A stretch of DNA of 64,000 nucleotides from Pelagomonas calceolata (lineage: Eukaryota), in assembly GCA_918797485.1 (NCBI GenBank), contig CAKKNE010000005.1, positions 4,650,001 to 4,714,000 of the forward strand, read 5' to 3'. Numbering within the stretch: the first letter of the stretch is position 1; each line of letters opens with the position of its first letter. Shown here one piece after another: positions 37,427 through 49,241 of the stretch. Below the pieces are notes generated by a model. The model made no database searches. It was not told the origin of the DNA and saw nothing but the letters and a program-made list of their open reading frames with translations. Position numbers and translations under genes: made by a program.

Positions 37427-39103
37427 TTATCGCTTCTTCTTGCACGTGGGGTAGGGCTCCTTGTCGCCCTTGCTGCACTGCAGCGGCGACACGCAATCGT
37501 CATCAACTCCACATTTCCCGCCGGCCTGGGATTTTTTGATCGTATGGCCCGCGGTCTTGAGGGCCTCGAGTTTCGCGTTCGCGGTCCTGATCGCCTCGGC
37601 TTCCGCGCGCTCGACGCGCTTCGCCTGGGGTGATTTTCCGGCAGCAGCTCGCGCGGATCTCCGTTTTGCGGTCTCGGAATGGGCCGCCTCCGCCTGGGCG
37701 ACTTTCTCGGCCGCGAGCGCGCGGTCCGCCTCGGCTTTTCGCGTCGCGTTTACCTTGGCCTCCTCGGTGAGGCGCTTGGCCTCCGCTGCCTCTGCTGCTG
37801 CCTGTTTTTCAGCTGCGAGGCGTGCGGCTTCCCGCTTCTTCTTGCGTTCGGCTTCCTTCGCAAGTAAGGCCTGTTCCGCAGCGGCTCGTCGCGCGTTCTC
37901 CGCGAGGCGCTGCTTCTCGGCAGCTTTGGCTTTCTCAGCCGCTTCGGCCAAGCGCTGCGCTTGCAGCTTCTTCTTCTCGCTTGCAGCTTCTTCGGCGGCC
38001 TTCTTGACTTCGGCCGCCGCCGCGGCCTCGGCCGCGACGCGCGCGCGTTCCTTCTCGCGCTTCGCCTGGGCGACTCGGGCCGCCTCGGCTTCAGCCTTCT
38101 CTCTAGCTTTAGCCTTCTCTTGCTTCAGAGCATGCTGGCGCGCGGCCTCTTCCGCTTCGGCCAGCAACCGCCGCTGCTCCTTCACTTCTTGCTCGACCTT
38201 CAGAGCTTTCGCTTTGGCCTCTTTCTCCTTCCTCTTCTCCTCTTCCGCACGAGCCCGGACCTTCGCCTCGGCCTCCACGGCGATGCGGTGGTGCTCCTCC
38301 CGCTCCGCATCTTGCTCAGCGACCCACGTGGCGTTGTGCTTTTTGGCTGAGGCATCCGTGACGTTGCTGATGTTGAACGGTACATCAGAGATGATCGGCC
38401 GCGTGTCCGGCGTCTGCGTCACGGTCAGCATGCACTGCTTCTCGCAGCGCTCGGCGTCGCCCGAATAGCCGCCCTCGAAGACATCCTGCTCGTCTAAACC
38501 AGCCGGCGCGAACAAATGACTCGTGCCCGCGGCGGCGTACGCTTTACCGGAAGGAGACTGCGCCTGGGCCCAGGTCCGCGAGCAGTACAAGGGGAAATAG
38601 CCGGAATGCTGGCACGGCTCCTTGTTCGTCCGCCCGAGCGGCGCCGACGGGCCCCCTTCATTGGATGCGCCGTTGAAGACGGTTGGTTTCCACTTGCCCC
38701 ACTTACAACTACGTTCCTGCGTCACGTCCATGCCGATCCGCGCGCACGACGGCGCGTGGCAGTCGAGCTTGCATCGCACCTCGTCCGACTCCTCGATACC
38801 ATGACGGTTGGGGATCCAGATCGACTCGTCGACGGGCGGCGGCTCGTCGAACCAGCCGTCATCCACTCGTTCGTCCCAGAGCTCAGGAACCACTTTATTG
38901 GGGTTGTTCCCTTCCGTCGCGGCCCAGCGCGCGTCGAGGTCCTCGACCAATCGGGCTCGTCGCGCCTCGGCGTTCGTCAAGTCGCCGTTCAGCGCCGCCT
39001 GCTCGTAGAGCTCCAAATTCCCGAAGAGGTCCTCTGCGAAGCTCTCCTCGTACTCCTTCGTCGCGCGCGCGAGGGCGGCGACGACGCAGGCGAGGCGCCG
39101 CAT
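37427..39103 (-). CDS. secreted hypothetical protein with Cys-rich domains and a long Ala/Glu/Lys coiled coil
   Basis: Signal-like MRRLACVVAALARA, a Cys-rich middle, an EAEAARVAQAKREKE-type tract, and C-terminal CGVDDDCVSPLQC. Confidence 0.65.
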   Translation of the reverse strand: MRRLACVVAALARATKEYEESFAEDLFGNLELYEQAALNGDLTNAEARRARLVEDLDARWAATEGNNPNKVVPELWDERVDDGWFDEPPPVDESIWIPNRHGIEESDEVRCKLDCHAPSCARIGMDVTQERSCKWGKWKPTVFNGASNEGGPSAPLGRTNKEPCQHSGYFPLYCSRTWAQAQSPSGKAYAAAGTSHLFAPAGLDEQDVFEGGYSGDAERCEKQCMLTVTQTPDTRPIISDVPFNISNVTDASAKKHNATWVAEQDAEREEHHRIAVEAEAKVRARAEEEKRKEKEAKAKALKVEQEVKEQRRLLAEAEEAARQHALKQEKAKAREKAEAEAARVAQAKREKERARVAAEAAAAAEVKKAAEEAASEKKKLQAQRLAEAAEKAKAAEKQRLAENARRAAAEQALLAKEAERKKKREAARLAAEKQAAAEAAEAKRLTEEAKVNATRKAEADRALAAEKVAQAEAAHSETAKRRSARAAAGKSPQAKRVERAEAEAIRTANAKLEALKTAGHTIKKSQAGGKCGVDDDCVSPLQCSKGDKEPYPTCKKKR

Positions 39104-39420
39104 CGTCGGCGTGCTGCCCCGCGCCCGGCGCTCCTCTGGAAGTGTGTGGGCAGCCCGTCGGCGCTCCGAGCTGAGCTTTGGGTCCCTAGGCGCTGGAGGT
39201 GCTGCCTCTCCCGGGAGTGCGTGGGCTGCCCGGCTTTGTGCCCCTAGGTACCGAAGGAAGCTAATCACTCTCTGAGGCTGTCCGGCGGTCGGTTCTCGTC
39301 GCGTAGTGGCTGGCAGGAGCGGCTCCAGCGGCACTCAGTGTAGACTGTAGTGGGTTTATCTAGGAGAGACCCCGCGACGTAATTTAGCCTGAGCCTGGTG
39401 TGACAAAAGGAACTTAAAGC

Positions 39421-40473
39421 TCAAAGCTGCAACCCCGCCAGGTCGTTCGACGTCGGCTGAAAAGCATTGTGCCGGCTCACCGTCGGCGGCGGCGCCCGCT
39501 TCATGAAGTCCGGCCGCTTCACGGCGAGGCCGTCCTTCCGCTCCGGGATGACGAGGACGTCCTCCGTCACGCGGTCCCGCGCGTTGTAGCCGAAGGCCGT
39601 CTGCACGGGCTTCTTCTTCGGCCGAACGTACCGTCTCTCGCTGAAGCCCGAGCCGCGCTGCGGCGGCAGCTCTGGCCTCATATTTGCACGGGCCTTGCGC
39701 GCCTGAGCACGCTTAACAGACCCATCCGCTTTGCGCAGGTCGCGGCGCACCTTCTTGAGGCACCTGTCGACGTCCTCCCTTAAGGATTTCACGACGTCGG
39801 GGTCCGCGGCCAAATGCTCGTCGCGCGCGACCTCGACGGCCGCCTCGAGGACCTCGGCGAGGTATGGAACATCCCCCAGCTCCGCGCGCAGCCCATCCAA
39901 TGATTCGCCGGACGCCTGGCGCAGCTGCTCCGCGCGGTCGACCGCGTCCTCTAATTTCAAAACGAGCGCCGCGCCTTTTGCGGTGGGGAGCTTATTGCGA
40001 GCCGTATTTTCTTGCTCGATGGTCGTCACGAGCGTCTGGAGGTGCTTCGCGCACTCCCGTAGCGCGACGGCGCGCGGCCTCTGGGGAGCCGCGGGCCCGC
40101 CCGGCGCATCCAGTGGCGGTGGCGTCGGCGAGTCGGAGCCGTCCTCGTCGGCCTCCTCGGGCACCGCAAGCCGCTGGCGGCACCGCTCCGCGCCCAGGGC
40201 CGCGAGCGCGCCCGTCGGTTCCTCCTTTTGCCCGAGCTGGGCCTCGAGGAGCGCCAGCTCGTCCTCGTCAATGTCGTCGTCGGGCACGTCGCCGTCGACC
40301 CGCGACAGCAGAGCCTGGAGCTCGGTGTCGTCCGACTCTTTGACGTCGAGGTGTTGGGCGAGCGTCATGTGCAGCGACTCCGTGGAACTGCGCACGGACT
40401 CGGGCCCCGGGCTCTGGGCCATGGTCGGCGCCACGCGCGCGTCGGGCTGGGCGAAGGCGAAGGAGCCGAGCAT
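39421..40473 (-). CDS. hypothetical protein
   Basis: About 350-aa ORF with typical codon usage and helical/acidic composition. No family recognised. Confidence 0.6.
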   Translation of the reverse strand: MLGSFAFAQPDARVAPTMAQSPGPESVRSSTESLHMTLAQHLDVKESDDTELQALLSRVDGDVPDDDIDEDELALLEAQLGQKEEPTGALAALGAERCRQRLAVPEEADEDGSDSPTPPPLDAPGGPAAPQRPRAVALRECAKHLQTLVTTIEQENTARNKLPTAKGAALVLKLEDAVDRAEQLRQASGESLDGLRAELGDVPYLAEVLEAAVEVARDEHLAADPDVVKSLREDVDRCLKKVRRDLRKADGSVKRAQARKARANMRPELPPQRGSGFSERRYVRPKKKPVQTAFGYNARDRVTEDVLVIPERKDGLAVKRPDFMKRAPPPTVSRHNAFQPTSNDLAGLQL

Positions 40474-40994
40474 GGTTGGTGTCACCCGGGGCCGCGTCGG
40501 CCGCGTGAGGGGTGGTCCTGGATCCTGCCCTTGCTAAACAACTGGGCAGCCTCTACGCGTACGCTGCGTGGAGGGCTGATGAAGCGGGTCTACAGAGGAG
40601 CGAATGAATCACCGTGACCGCTGTTTGCAGCGATACGGCACGCTTTTACGGCCCGGGCAGCCACCCTGCCAAACCGCTTCGCGCGGCCGCCGCCGCGGCG
40701 CGCGAGGCGCGAGTCCGCGGACGCGGGACCTCTCGCCCACCGACCGGAGGACTGCTGGAGAGCTTCAGGACACTCGCGGTTCTCGTGTCGTGCAGGTTTT
40801 GTTGGCGTTGGCAGCACCTAAAAAGGGCTATGGCGCGCCGGGAGCGGGCTGCCCCTTCATTAATTATGGCTACAGCTGCCGCAGACCCGGCCTAGAAGCG
40901 GTCTGTATAATTTTGGGCAGCGGTACGCCGCCGCCGCACCGCACCGACCAGCACTGGCAACCTAGCTCCAGGTAGAGCGCCGCACGACAGCACC

Positions 40995-43900
40995 ATGTAC
41001 GTCTGGAAGAACGTCTCGAAGCGTGATAGACGCACAAGGCCCGTCGCGCCCGCCGAGCTCCACCTGACCAAACAAAAGACCGTGCTCGCCGAGGTCGAGG
41101 GCCGCGCGGCGCGCCAGCGCCGCGAGCTCGAGCAGCAGCGCGCGCTCTACAAGGAGCAGGAGGCCCACGAGGTGGATCTGTTTGGGCGCGAGGTCAAGGA
41201 CATCATGCTAGCTTATTTGGAAACTGATCATGGGAAGCAGGAGTTATCTCGCGTCGTCGCGGCGTTACGGGCCGAGCAAGACTTAGCTGAGGAGCTCCAG
41301 AAGAGGAGGGAAATCGAAACCCTCAAAGAACAGGAGAAGCGCGAGGCTGAAGATCATGCTTTAGGTAAGGCCTACGCTGCTCGAAAAGGTAACCTCGAGG
41401 AGCAGGAACGTAGAGCCGATAAGCTCCGGGAGAAGCTCCGGAGGCAAGGTTTATTAGTTGAGGAGCCGGCCGAGGTCGATCCCAAAGATGTCGGCTGGTG
41501 GGACCTTTTGTTGACCAATCGCTCTAGAGGTTTCCTCAAACGAAGAAAGTTCATCAAGCTGGTTATGACGTTCACTGATTGTAAATGGAAGCAAGCAGCT
41601 AAATTAGTTGATAAATTGCCGTCGCATGTTGTTAGGCGCGTGCGACGACCGCAGGCGGAGCGGTTCCGCGTCGAGCTCGAGAAGCTTGGTGGGAAATGCG
41701 CGCTGGAGCGAGGTGCGGATGAGCCACCCGAGACGCAATTTGACAGAGATGTCAAGTTCCTCGAGAACCAGAAGAAGCAGCGGAGGAGTGAAGGTCTGCG
41801 ACTGCAATCGGTAAATGCCGCGGCCGAAGAGTTGCAAGATAAGGAGTTGCAGCGCGTCATGGACACGTTCAACACCTTCGACGCCGATGGTTCGGGCGCG
41901 ATCGACGTCGACGAGTTGGGCGTACTCCTCAAAGCTTTGTGTGTCCCCCTAAAGAACAAGAAGGAACTGGAAGACCTCATGGAGGACATGGACGACGACG
42001 GTTCGGGAGACATCGACTTCGACGAGTTTTACGCCTGGTACAAGGAGTACGGCAAGCAAAAGCAGGGCGGCTTCTTCGGGAAGATGAGGGTGATGATGCT
42101 CCAGGCGTCGAACGCCGGTGCTGCGGCCGCCGGTGCGGTCCAAGTGGGGGAAGCCAAACGCATCATGTGCGCCTGTGCGGAGGAGGACGCGGCGCGGTAT
42201 GCTAGACTTAAATTCAGGCAGTCGCGACCGAGGCCGTTGGGCGCCGACGAAGACGAGGCTCGAGAGGCCGAGGAGTTTAGAAATGCTGAAAAAAGGTTCA
42301 GCTGCGTGCGATCGGTCGTCGGACGACCGACCGTGTCCGGTGGCGGTCATGATGAACATGGCGAGTTTGCTATATCTGATACGCCGGAGTACGAAGCTAG
42401 GAGATTACGAGCGAATCGGTTGATGTTCCACCCCGTCCTGTGGCCGACGCCGCCGCCCACGCCCAAAGACATACCGCCGCTCTGGATGAACGCGCCGAAC
42501 CCGTCGCTCTCCGATCCGTTGCAGGCTTACAGAGATGCCGAGGCCATGGGCGCGACCGTCGTAGGCGTGGACCCCTGCAAGGGCTGGCGTTCAGCGCCTC
42601 GCTCGATCAAGGGCCTGGCCACGATCGGCTCGAAGCGGTTCCTGAAGGGTCGAGGTAAAGACACTTCATTGGCCGACGCCATCAGTTCATTGAGGAAGGA
42701 CGTCGCGAAGCCTGTCGGTGATGTGCCCGCTGTGTTTACCGTTGACAAAGGAGCACATACGGCCCAAGTTATGTTGAGATGGCGGCCGGAGTTAAAGCCG
42801 AAGCCCCAGTTATCTGTCGGTGTGGAAGGAGAATTCTCGGGATGGGAGTTCGTCCAACTGCAGCCCTCGAAGAAAGTCTATGCGGCCTACGACGCTATGG
42901 TAGCACTACCGCCGGGGTCGTATTCGTATACGTTCAAGATCGACGGCGAGTACCACTTGGACCCGGCCGCGCCGCAGCGCGGCGATCCCCCGAAAAATGT
43001 CATCCACGTCGTCGCCGAGCACGCTGCTACTTCCGTCAAAGATTTGGACATCCGGTTGGACGGCCACGGTTTGAAAGACGACGGCGCCTGGGCCTTGGCT
43101 GGGGCGATTCGCGCGGGCGGCGGCGGCGGCGCTCTGAAGAAATTAAGCTTGGCGTCGAACGGGTTGAGCGGCGACGGTGTTGGAGCTCTCTGCGCGACGC
43201 TGGAACGGGGCGACGCGCCGGGTCTCGAGGTGCTTGATCTCAGTCGGAATCGCATTGGAAGGGACGGCGGCCGCGCCGTCGGGAAGGCACTAGGTACAGA
43301 GAGAAAGGTGCCCGTCGACTCGCCGACGAAAAAGGAAGGGCCCCGCCCCGTCAAGCAGCCCACGGTCCCGGCTCCTTTAGTGCGATGTGTTTTAGCAAGA
43401 TGCGCCTTAGCTGATGACGGTACGGCCCAAGTCGCCATGGGTCTTGTGGGCCACGGCACTTTACAAAGGTTGGATTTGAATGAGAATGCGATTGGAGAAT
43501 ATGGGGCCGCCGCCATAGCGAGAGCTTTGTTGCGAAACGGCGTCCTCACGCACATCTCGTTAGCTGCGAATCGCATCGACGCGAAGGGCTGCGAGCACCT
43601 CTCCGAACCTGTTCGATTGTCGGGAACATTATTACATCTGGAACTGAACGACAACCCGCGCATGGGGTCGTTGGGCGCGTGGTGGCTCGGCGAGGCTTTA
43701 GCTGGAGGTTCAGGAGAACTACGAGACCAGGTCGCTTCGGAAAGAGCCGCCAAGAAGCGGGGCGAGGACCCGAACGGCGGCGCGTTGACTTTGAAGACAT
43801 TAGCCATCGCCGGCGTCGGTTCCGACGAGGAATCGGAAGGCGAAACAGATAAAAAAACTATCAAAGCCGAGGCACCTACTTCATCGGCGATCATGCGCAT

Positions 43901-46900
43901 GGGCGCCACGCTCAAGGCCAAGGCCGTGCAAGCGAAATCAAGGGCCGCGGAGAAAGCAGCCGGTGTGAGGCAGGGGAGTCTGGAACACCTTGGGTTGGGC
44001 GACTGTCAGTTGACCGGCGACGGCACGGACCTGTTGGGTATTACGGCACTGTGCTCCGCCTGCGAGCGCACCAAGAGATTGACATCTTTGGATCTGGCCA
44101 ACAATGCTCTGAGCGATGAAGCCGTGCGGTCCTTAGCCAATGCCTTGGACCGGTCGAAGCCCACGCCCATCAAAACCATGGTGCTCCGCGGGAATAGTTG
44201 CGACGCGAAGTGGCTCTGGCGCGACCACCGCATGCCCGCGAGTGAAGCTGATGAACAATGCGCCAAGACCGCGGCCGTGACGGGCAAACACGTCACGTAC
44301 GTACCTTCCATTGCTACTACGTTGGCCCAATCAAGAAAAGATAGGATCAACGCCGAGCGGGAACGGAAGGGGCGTAAAAGAGCTAGAAAACAAGCCGAAC
44401 TCGACTTGCTACTGAAGGCCATCACCCCGAAGGACGAGACCGACGAGGAAAGAATCAGGAGGGAGGACCGCGGCTCGTCGGACAATTTGCGGGCGAGTCG
44501 CGGTTCCGGTAGTCATGACGCCAAGGTGCTGCGACGGCAGAACGCGCGGGAGCAGACGGAGCTCCGTCGAAAAAGGCGAGAGTACGAGCGCCTCAAGCAG
44601 GAGCTCGAGGACGGCGTGAGTGACGAGGAATTGTCGACGCAGGACGACGCCCACGTCCTGCCGCCGCCGCCCGTGTCGACAGAGACCTGTAAATTGGCCG
44701 GCGAGTGGACGAGTGTCGGCTGGCTGCCGGAACCCGACAAGGTCGCCGCGAGACTTGGGAGGCGCCAGGAGCGCGAGCGCGCCAAGGAAGCCGCCCGGAC
44801 GAAAGACGAGGACGACGCCGTTGAAGCCGCGGGCGCGGCGGCGGCCGCGAAGGCGAACCTCGCGGCCATGCGTGTTCCTGATGGAGTTAGGTTAGCTCGA
44901 GCCGTCTGCGACGAGATGGACGTCGACAAGAAGGCGAAGAAGGCCAAGCGCGAGGCCGCGAAGAAGAAGCGCGAGCAGGAGGCCTTAGATCGGAAGCGCG
45001 AGGACGACGGTCTACAAGGGCGGCGCGCGTCGGACCTCTCGGTCTCGTCCTCGGGCTCGGCCCGGAAGAGGAAGAAGGAGGTGCAGAAGCCGCCCTCGAA
45101 ATGGTGCTGCGGCCGCAAGAAGACCGACGCTCCGGCCAAGGTCAAGCCGCGCAAGTCCAAGGACAAGGACTCGTGGAAGGAGTTCCGGAAGCGACGGCAG
45201 CGGTCTGGAAGTGGAGAGGACATTTATCGGCCGCGCGGTTCGTTTGATGAGATCGGTGAGCAAATGGGAAGGATCGCCGATCCCGTCGGTGATGCTATCA
45301 GGAAGAAGGAGGCGGAGAAGGCCGAGGCGGATCATTTAGCGGAGGTACGCGCTTTACCTACACCGAAAGAACTGAAGGCGATGGAGAAGAAGAAGGCCGA
45401 GGACGAGTGGTGCGTTTATCCGCGTCCTTGTGTGTCCCCATACGCCATCGCCGCGACCTCATACACCTCCACGCCATCGACGCGACCTCGTACACGCCAT
45501 CGACGCGACGCCGTACGCAGGCTGCGCGACACGTTCCAGCGCGTGGACATGGACCACGGCGGGACCGTCGACGCCCACGAGCTCACTGCATTATTGATAA
45601 GGTTGGGCTGGAGCCACTTCACGCGGCAGCAGTTGGCCGAGGTCTACGCCCAATTAGATGAAGATAATTCGGGCGAGATCGACGTCGAAGAATTAATCCT
45701 GTGGTGGACCCAGGGCGGCGGGAAGGAGCGAGTAAGGAGGGAGCGGCGCAAGGTCAATGCCATTCTTCGACGATTACTAGCGAAGCCGAAGCGACTCCTG
45801 CTCGGGCCGCCGAAGGACGCGCGAGGAGGCACGGACGACCCGCGCGTGCAGGACGGCGTGCGATGTTTAGAAGCGGACGCTAGTTGTGAGGCCCAAAGAC
45901 TTGCGAGAGAAGCGTATCGACGACGACGGCCGCCGCGCGACCAGTCCGAGTGCGTCTGTCAAATTTGTGGACTTAGTTTAGTGGACAAGGCGCAGCTTGC
46001 GTTACATATGCGCGACGCGAAGAAGGCCCACCGGAAGTACGAGAAGGCCCAGGTTGCGGAGAAGGAGCGACGGAACATGCTTGAGAGAGCTAGACTAGTT
46101 GTGGCAAATGAATTACGAGCCAAGGAAGGCCGGAAAGCGGCGAAAGCGCAAAAAGGCAAGTTCTGGAAGAAGAAGGAGGACGACGTCCTCCAGAAGCGCA
46201 AAAGGAAGAAGAAGAAGGGCAAGAAGGACCCGCCGCCCTTTCCCGTGCTCCTATGTTTTGATAGTAAGGTGCCGCACCACGCCGAGGTCCAGACCTACGA
46301 CATGCCCGACGAGAAGCACGGGCGGCCGACGGGCGCTATTGGTTTAAAGACGTGCGGCGTCTACTGCGTCGCGGACGGTCTCGGGAATCCGTTGGTCACG
46401 AAGGGGAGCGGCACGGAGTGGCTGAAAGTGGTCTGGCCCTCGTCGTGCATCGGTGGGGGCGGTGCGAAAGCCGCGGCGGCGGCGGCCGACACGATTAGGC
46501 GGGCGATCGCAGCGCAGGCCGGCGGCGCGCCGCTGCCCAAAGATCCGCGGTTGGAGCCTCGGGCGCTCGTGTGGTTGCGAAACCGGCACCCGGAGCACGC
46601 CAAGGGCCAGGCGCCCGTGTTTCGACCGATCCTGGCGGGCGAGACGCCCTACGAGAAGGTGTGTATTGCGGCGTCCCTATTGTACTGAGCGTGTCTTTCT
46701 TCGCGTCGACGCCGTCGGGGCGCCAACGCCACGTCTCCGGCGTTCGTCGCGTCGACAGCGTCGCGGCGACCGGGCATCATATACGCCATCGACGCGACAC
46801 CGTGGCACGCCATCGACGCGACGTCCGCTCGCAGGGCCGCACGCCGGAGGAGCTCAAGCTCATGCAGCTCAACGCCGAGGAGCTCAAGGCGGCCCGCGCG

Positions 46901-47638
46901 AAGCGGAGCCGGCTCCAGAAGTGGATCATCTACCGGAAGAAGGAGGCCATTCGAAAGCAACAGGATCTAGACGAAGCCGAGGAGGTGAAGCGCAAGATGA
47001 TCATGGGCGGCCACATCGAGTTCGCCGTCCTGCCGAAGACGCTGAAGAAGGGTCGGGAGGTCGAGTTGTTCGCGCGGCCGCGGTGGTTCCGGGCGCACCC
47101 CTCTCTCCCCAAATTTTCCAAGATCAAGGTGCGCGTCGTGCCCGAGGTCGGGTCTTATGTGGTCGGGGAATTGCGCTGGGGCCACGCCGTTTTAGCTTAT
47201 GGCAAGGCCGGCCACTGGCTGCTCATCGCGTTCGAGAAGCGGGATAATGCCTGGATCCTGGCCAAGGCCCCCACGCGCGACTTCCTGCAGCAGGTGACGT
47301 CTACCGTGGATATTAGTGATCTGGACGACGGCGTCGTCAGCCCGCAGGAGGTCGAGCCCGGCGCGTGCGAGGAGATCACGGCCAAGGCCCAGCGCACGGT
47401 CGCGGACGAGATCCAGTCTTTGGCTGCCCTCGCGGAGAAGGCCGACGTGTCGGATGCCGAATTGGCGGCGCTCGGCGACGCGCGCTTCGAGACGCCGACG
47501 CCCGTCGCGCCCGAGCCCTCGGGCGCGTCGCCGTCGGCGAACCTGTCGGCCGACGAGCGGTCCCAGGCGACGGGCGCGGAGCGGTCGCAGGTGACCCTGG
47601 AGACCGGTGCGTCGTCGGCCGTGCGGTCGACTGGGTAA
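40995..47638 (+). CDS. about 2118-aa multidomain protein (L7/L12-CTD-like, EF-hands, CBM48/AMPK-beta glycogen-binding, RNI-type LRRs, coiled coil, EF-hands, C2H2 finger, SH3b-like); exons 40995-45409, 45521-46658, 46835-47638
   Basis: EF loops DADGSGAIDVDE, DDDGSGDIDFDE, DMDHGGTVDAHE, DEDNSGEIDVEE. CBM48 VEGEFSGW...LPPGSYSYTFKIDGEY. LRRs LEVLDLSRNRIG. CQICG...LHMRDAKKAH. Two GT-AG introns keep the frame. Confidence 0.8.
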
Positions 47639-47660
47639 ATATTTGAGTGTGTTATTTATG

Positions 47661-48065
47661 CGTTTTCCGAGTCCGCGTTCGTTGTCCTGCGTTCTGCCGT
47701 ATCGCCTCCGTTTTACCTCGTTCTTTGTTTTCTGGAGCCGCTGTGGTCCCCGACGTCCCGCGAGTCACGCCAGCGCCGCGTCTGGTGCCTTTTGGCTGTT
47801 TCCGTTTCCCGCGTTCGTTGTCCCGCGTTCCGTCGTAACTCCGCTGAATCACCCCCGATGGAGCTCATTCTTTGTGTTCCGGAGTCGCCGTGGTCCCAGA
47901 CGGTTCGCGAGCGACGCCGTCTCCGCGTAGGTGCAATTTTGTTGTTTCCGCGTCTCCGCGCGCGGTATCGCGCGGTGTCCATAACTTGGCCCCATTGTGA
48001 CCGTTTGAGCTCGTTGTTGGTTTTTTGGAATCTCCGTTGTCTCATGCGTCCCGCGAGTGCCACGT
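47661..48065. repeat. three degenerate tandem copies of an approximately 146-bp T-rich unit
   Basis: Anchors TTCTTTGTTTTCTGGAGCCGCTGTGGTCCC (47721), TTCTTTGTGTTCCGGAGTCGCCGTGGTCCC (47868) and GAGCTC at 47861/48007. CCGCGTTCGTTGTCC occurs at 47673 and 47809. Confidence 0.6.
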
Positions 48066-49241
48066 TTGGGCACGTTTGGGTAGTTTGGCGGTTTTGTGGT
48101 TGTTCGGGGGCGCCGCAAGCGGCTGAAAAAATTCTAGAACGTACTTGCGTACAATTCTAAGTGCATTGGTATAGTTTTCAACTAGCCTGAGGACCACAGG
48201 ATCCATTTGAGGCAAGAAGAAAGCAACAAGACGCAGATGTCGTACAATGACGCATACTATCGGCGGACAACGTGGTATACCTTGTCCACGGCCGAGACCT
48301 CACTGTACTGCGTAATGCCCATGCGCAAAGATGAGACCCGGGAAATCCGACCGTCCAAGAGCAAGCCATTTTAGTGGCTTGCCCCGGACACCCATGGCGA
48401 AAAATCGTAGATTGCCGAGGCTGCGGCGTCCGTGGGCCCGGCGCGTGATAGAGCACCGCTGGGGCAACTTTTGGGCAGGGTGTGGGGCTGCCCGGTAGTC
48501 CGGGCCCCAACATGTTGTTCAAATGCTGCCAGCTGCCAAACGAGTGGCACTCGCCGTATTCGGCACCGTAGGGAGCGCGGTGGCCACGCCCGCGTGCGCA
48601 CAACCACTGCTTTCGCGCCGCGGCGCCTCGTTTGCCCATCGTTGTCGATCCAGCACTTTGTGCTGCTTGCGTCGCCGCGCCCGCGTCATGCGCAGCGCGC
48701 GGGGCAGCACTGGCCGGGCTCGAGCTGGGATCGAGATACCATCGTATGCGTCGCCCGAACGCAGCGTTGACGCTGCGCACCGATACCGACAGGCGCTGCG
48801 CTTTCGCGCGGCGGACCGTCGGCGTCGACGCGGGCGCCGACGGGACGCGCTTCGGCGCAAACGCCACCGGAGTCCGTGCCTGAGGCACTGGACCTACCCG
48901 GCGCGTGGTTTGCACCCTCGCGCTGGCAGCCCTGCCAAGCCTACCGGTCGCAGGGACCGGCAGGCTTGGAGGCTGTGACCCATGCCCACGCCGGCGCCCG
49001 CGCGTCGTCGCAGCGATGCTGCATGATGACGCGCGGTGCCCTGGGCGTGGGTTCCGAGCCCAGCCGCGTAATTTGGCGCTGCCCCAATGGGGCTGCCGAG
49101 CCGAAGGCTCATGGCCATCGTGGCGGAGAGCATTTTTTTCCCTACGGGCACCATTGCTGCCGCGCTGCTATGTCTGCTGAGTGGTCCCTGGACCAAAATG
49201 GCGGGAAAATTTTTCATCTCTCGCAGAGCAGGGCGCCGCAC

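Noticed and set aside
37540..38330. TolA-like Ala/Glu/Lys tract as evidence of a bacterial gene
   Set aside because: This is low-complexity coiled-coil similarity only, with no TolA TM or C-terminal domain.
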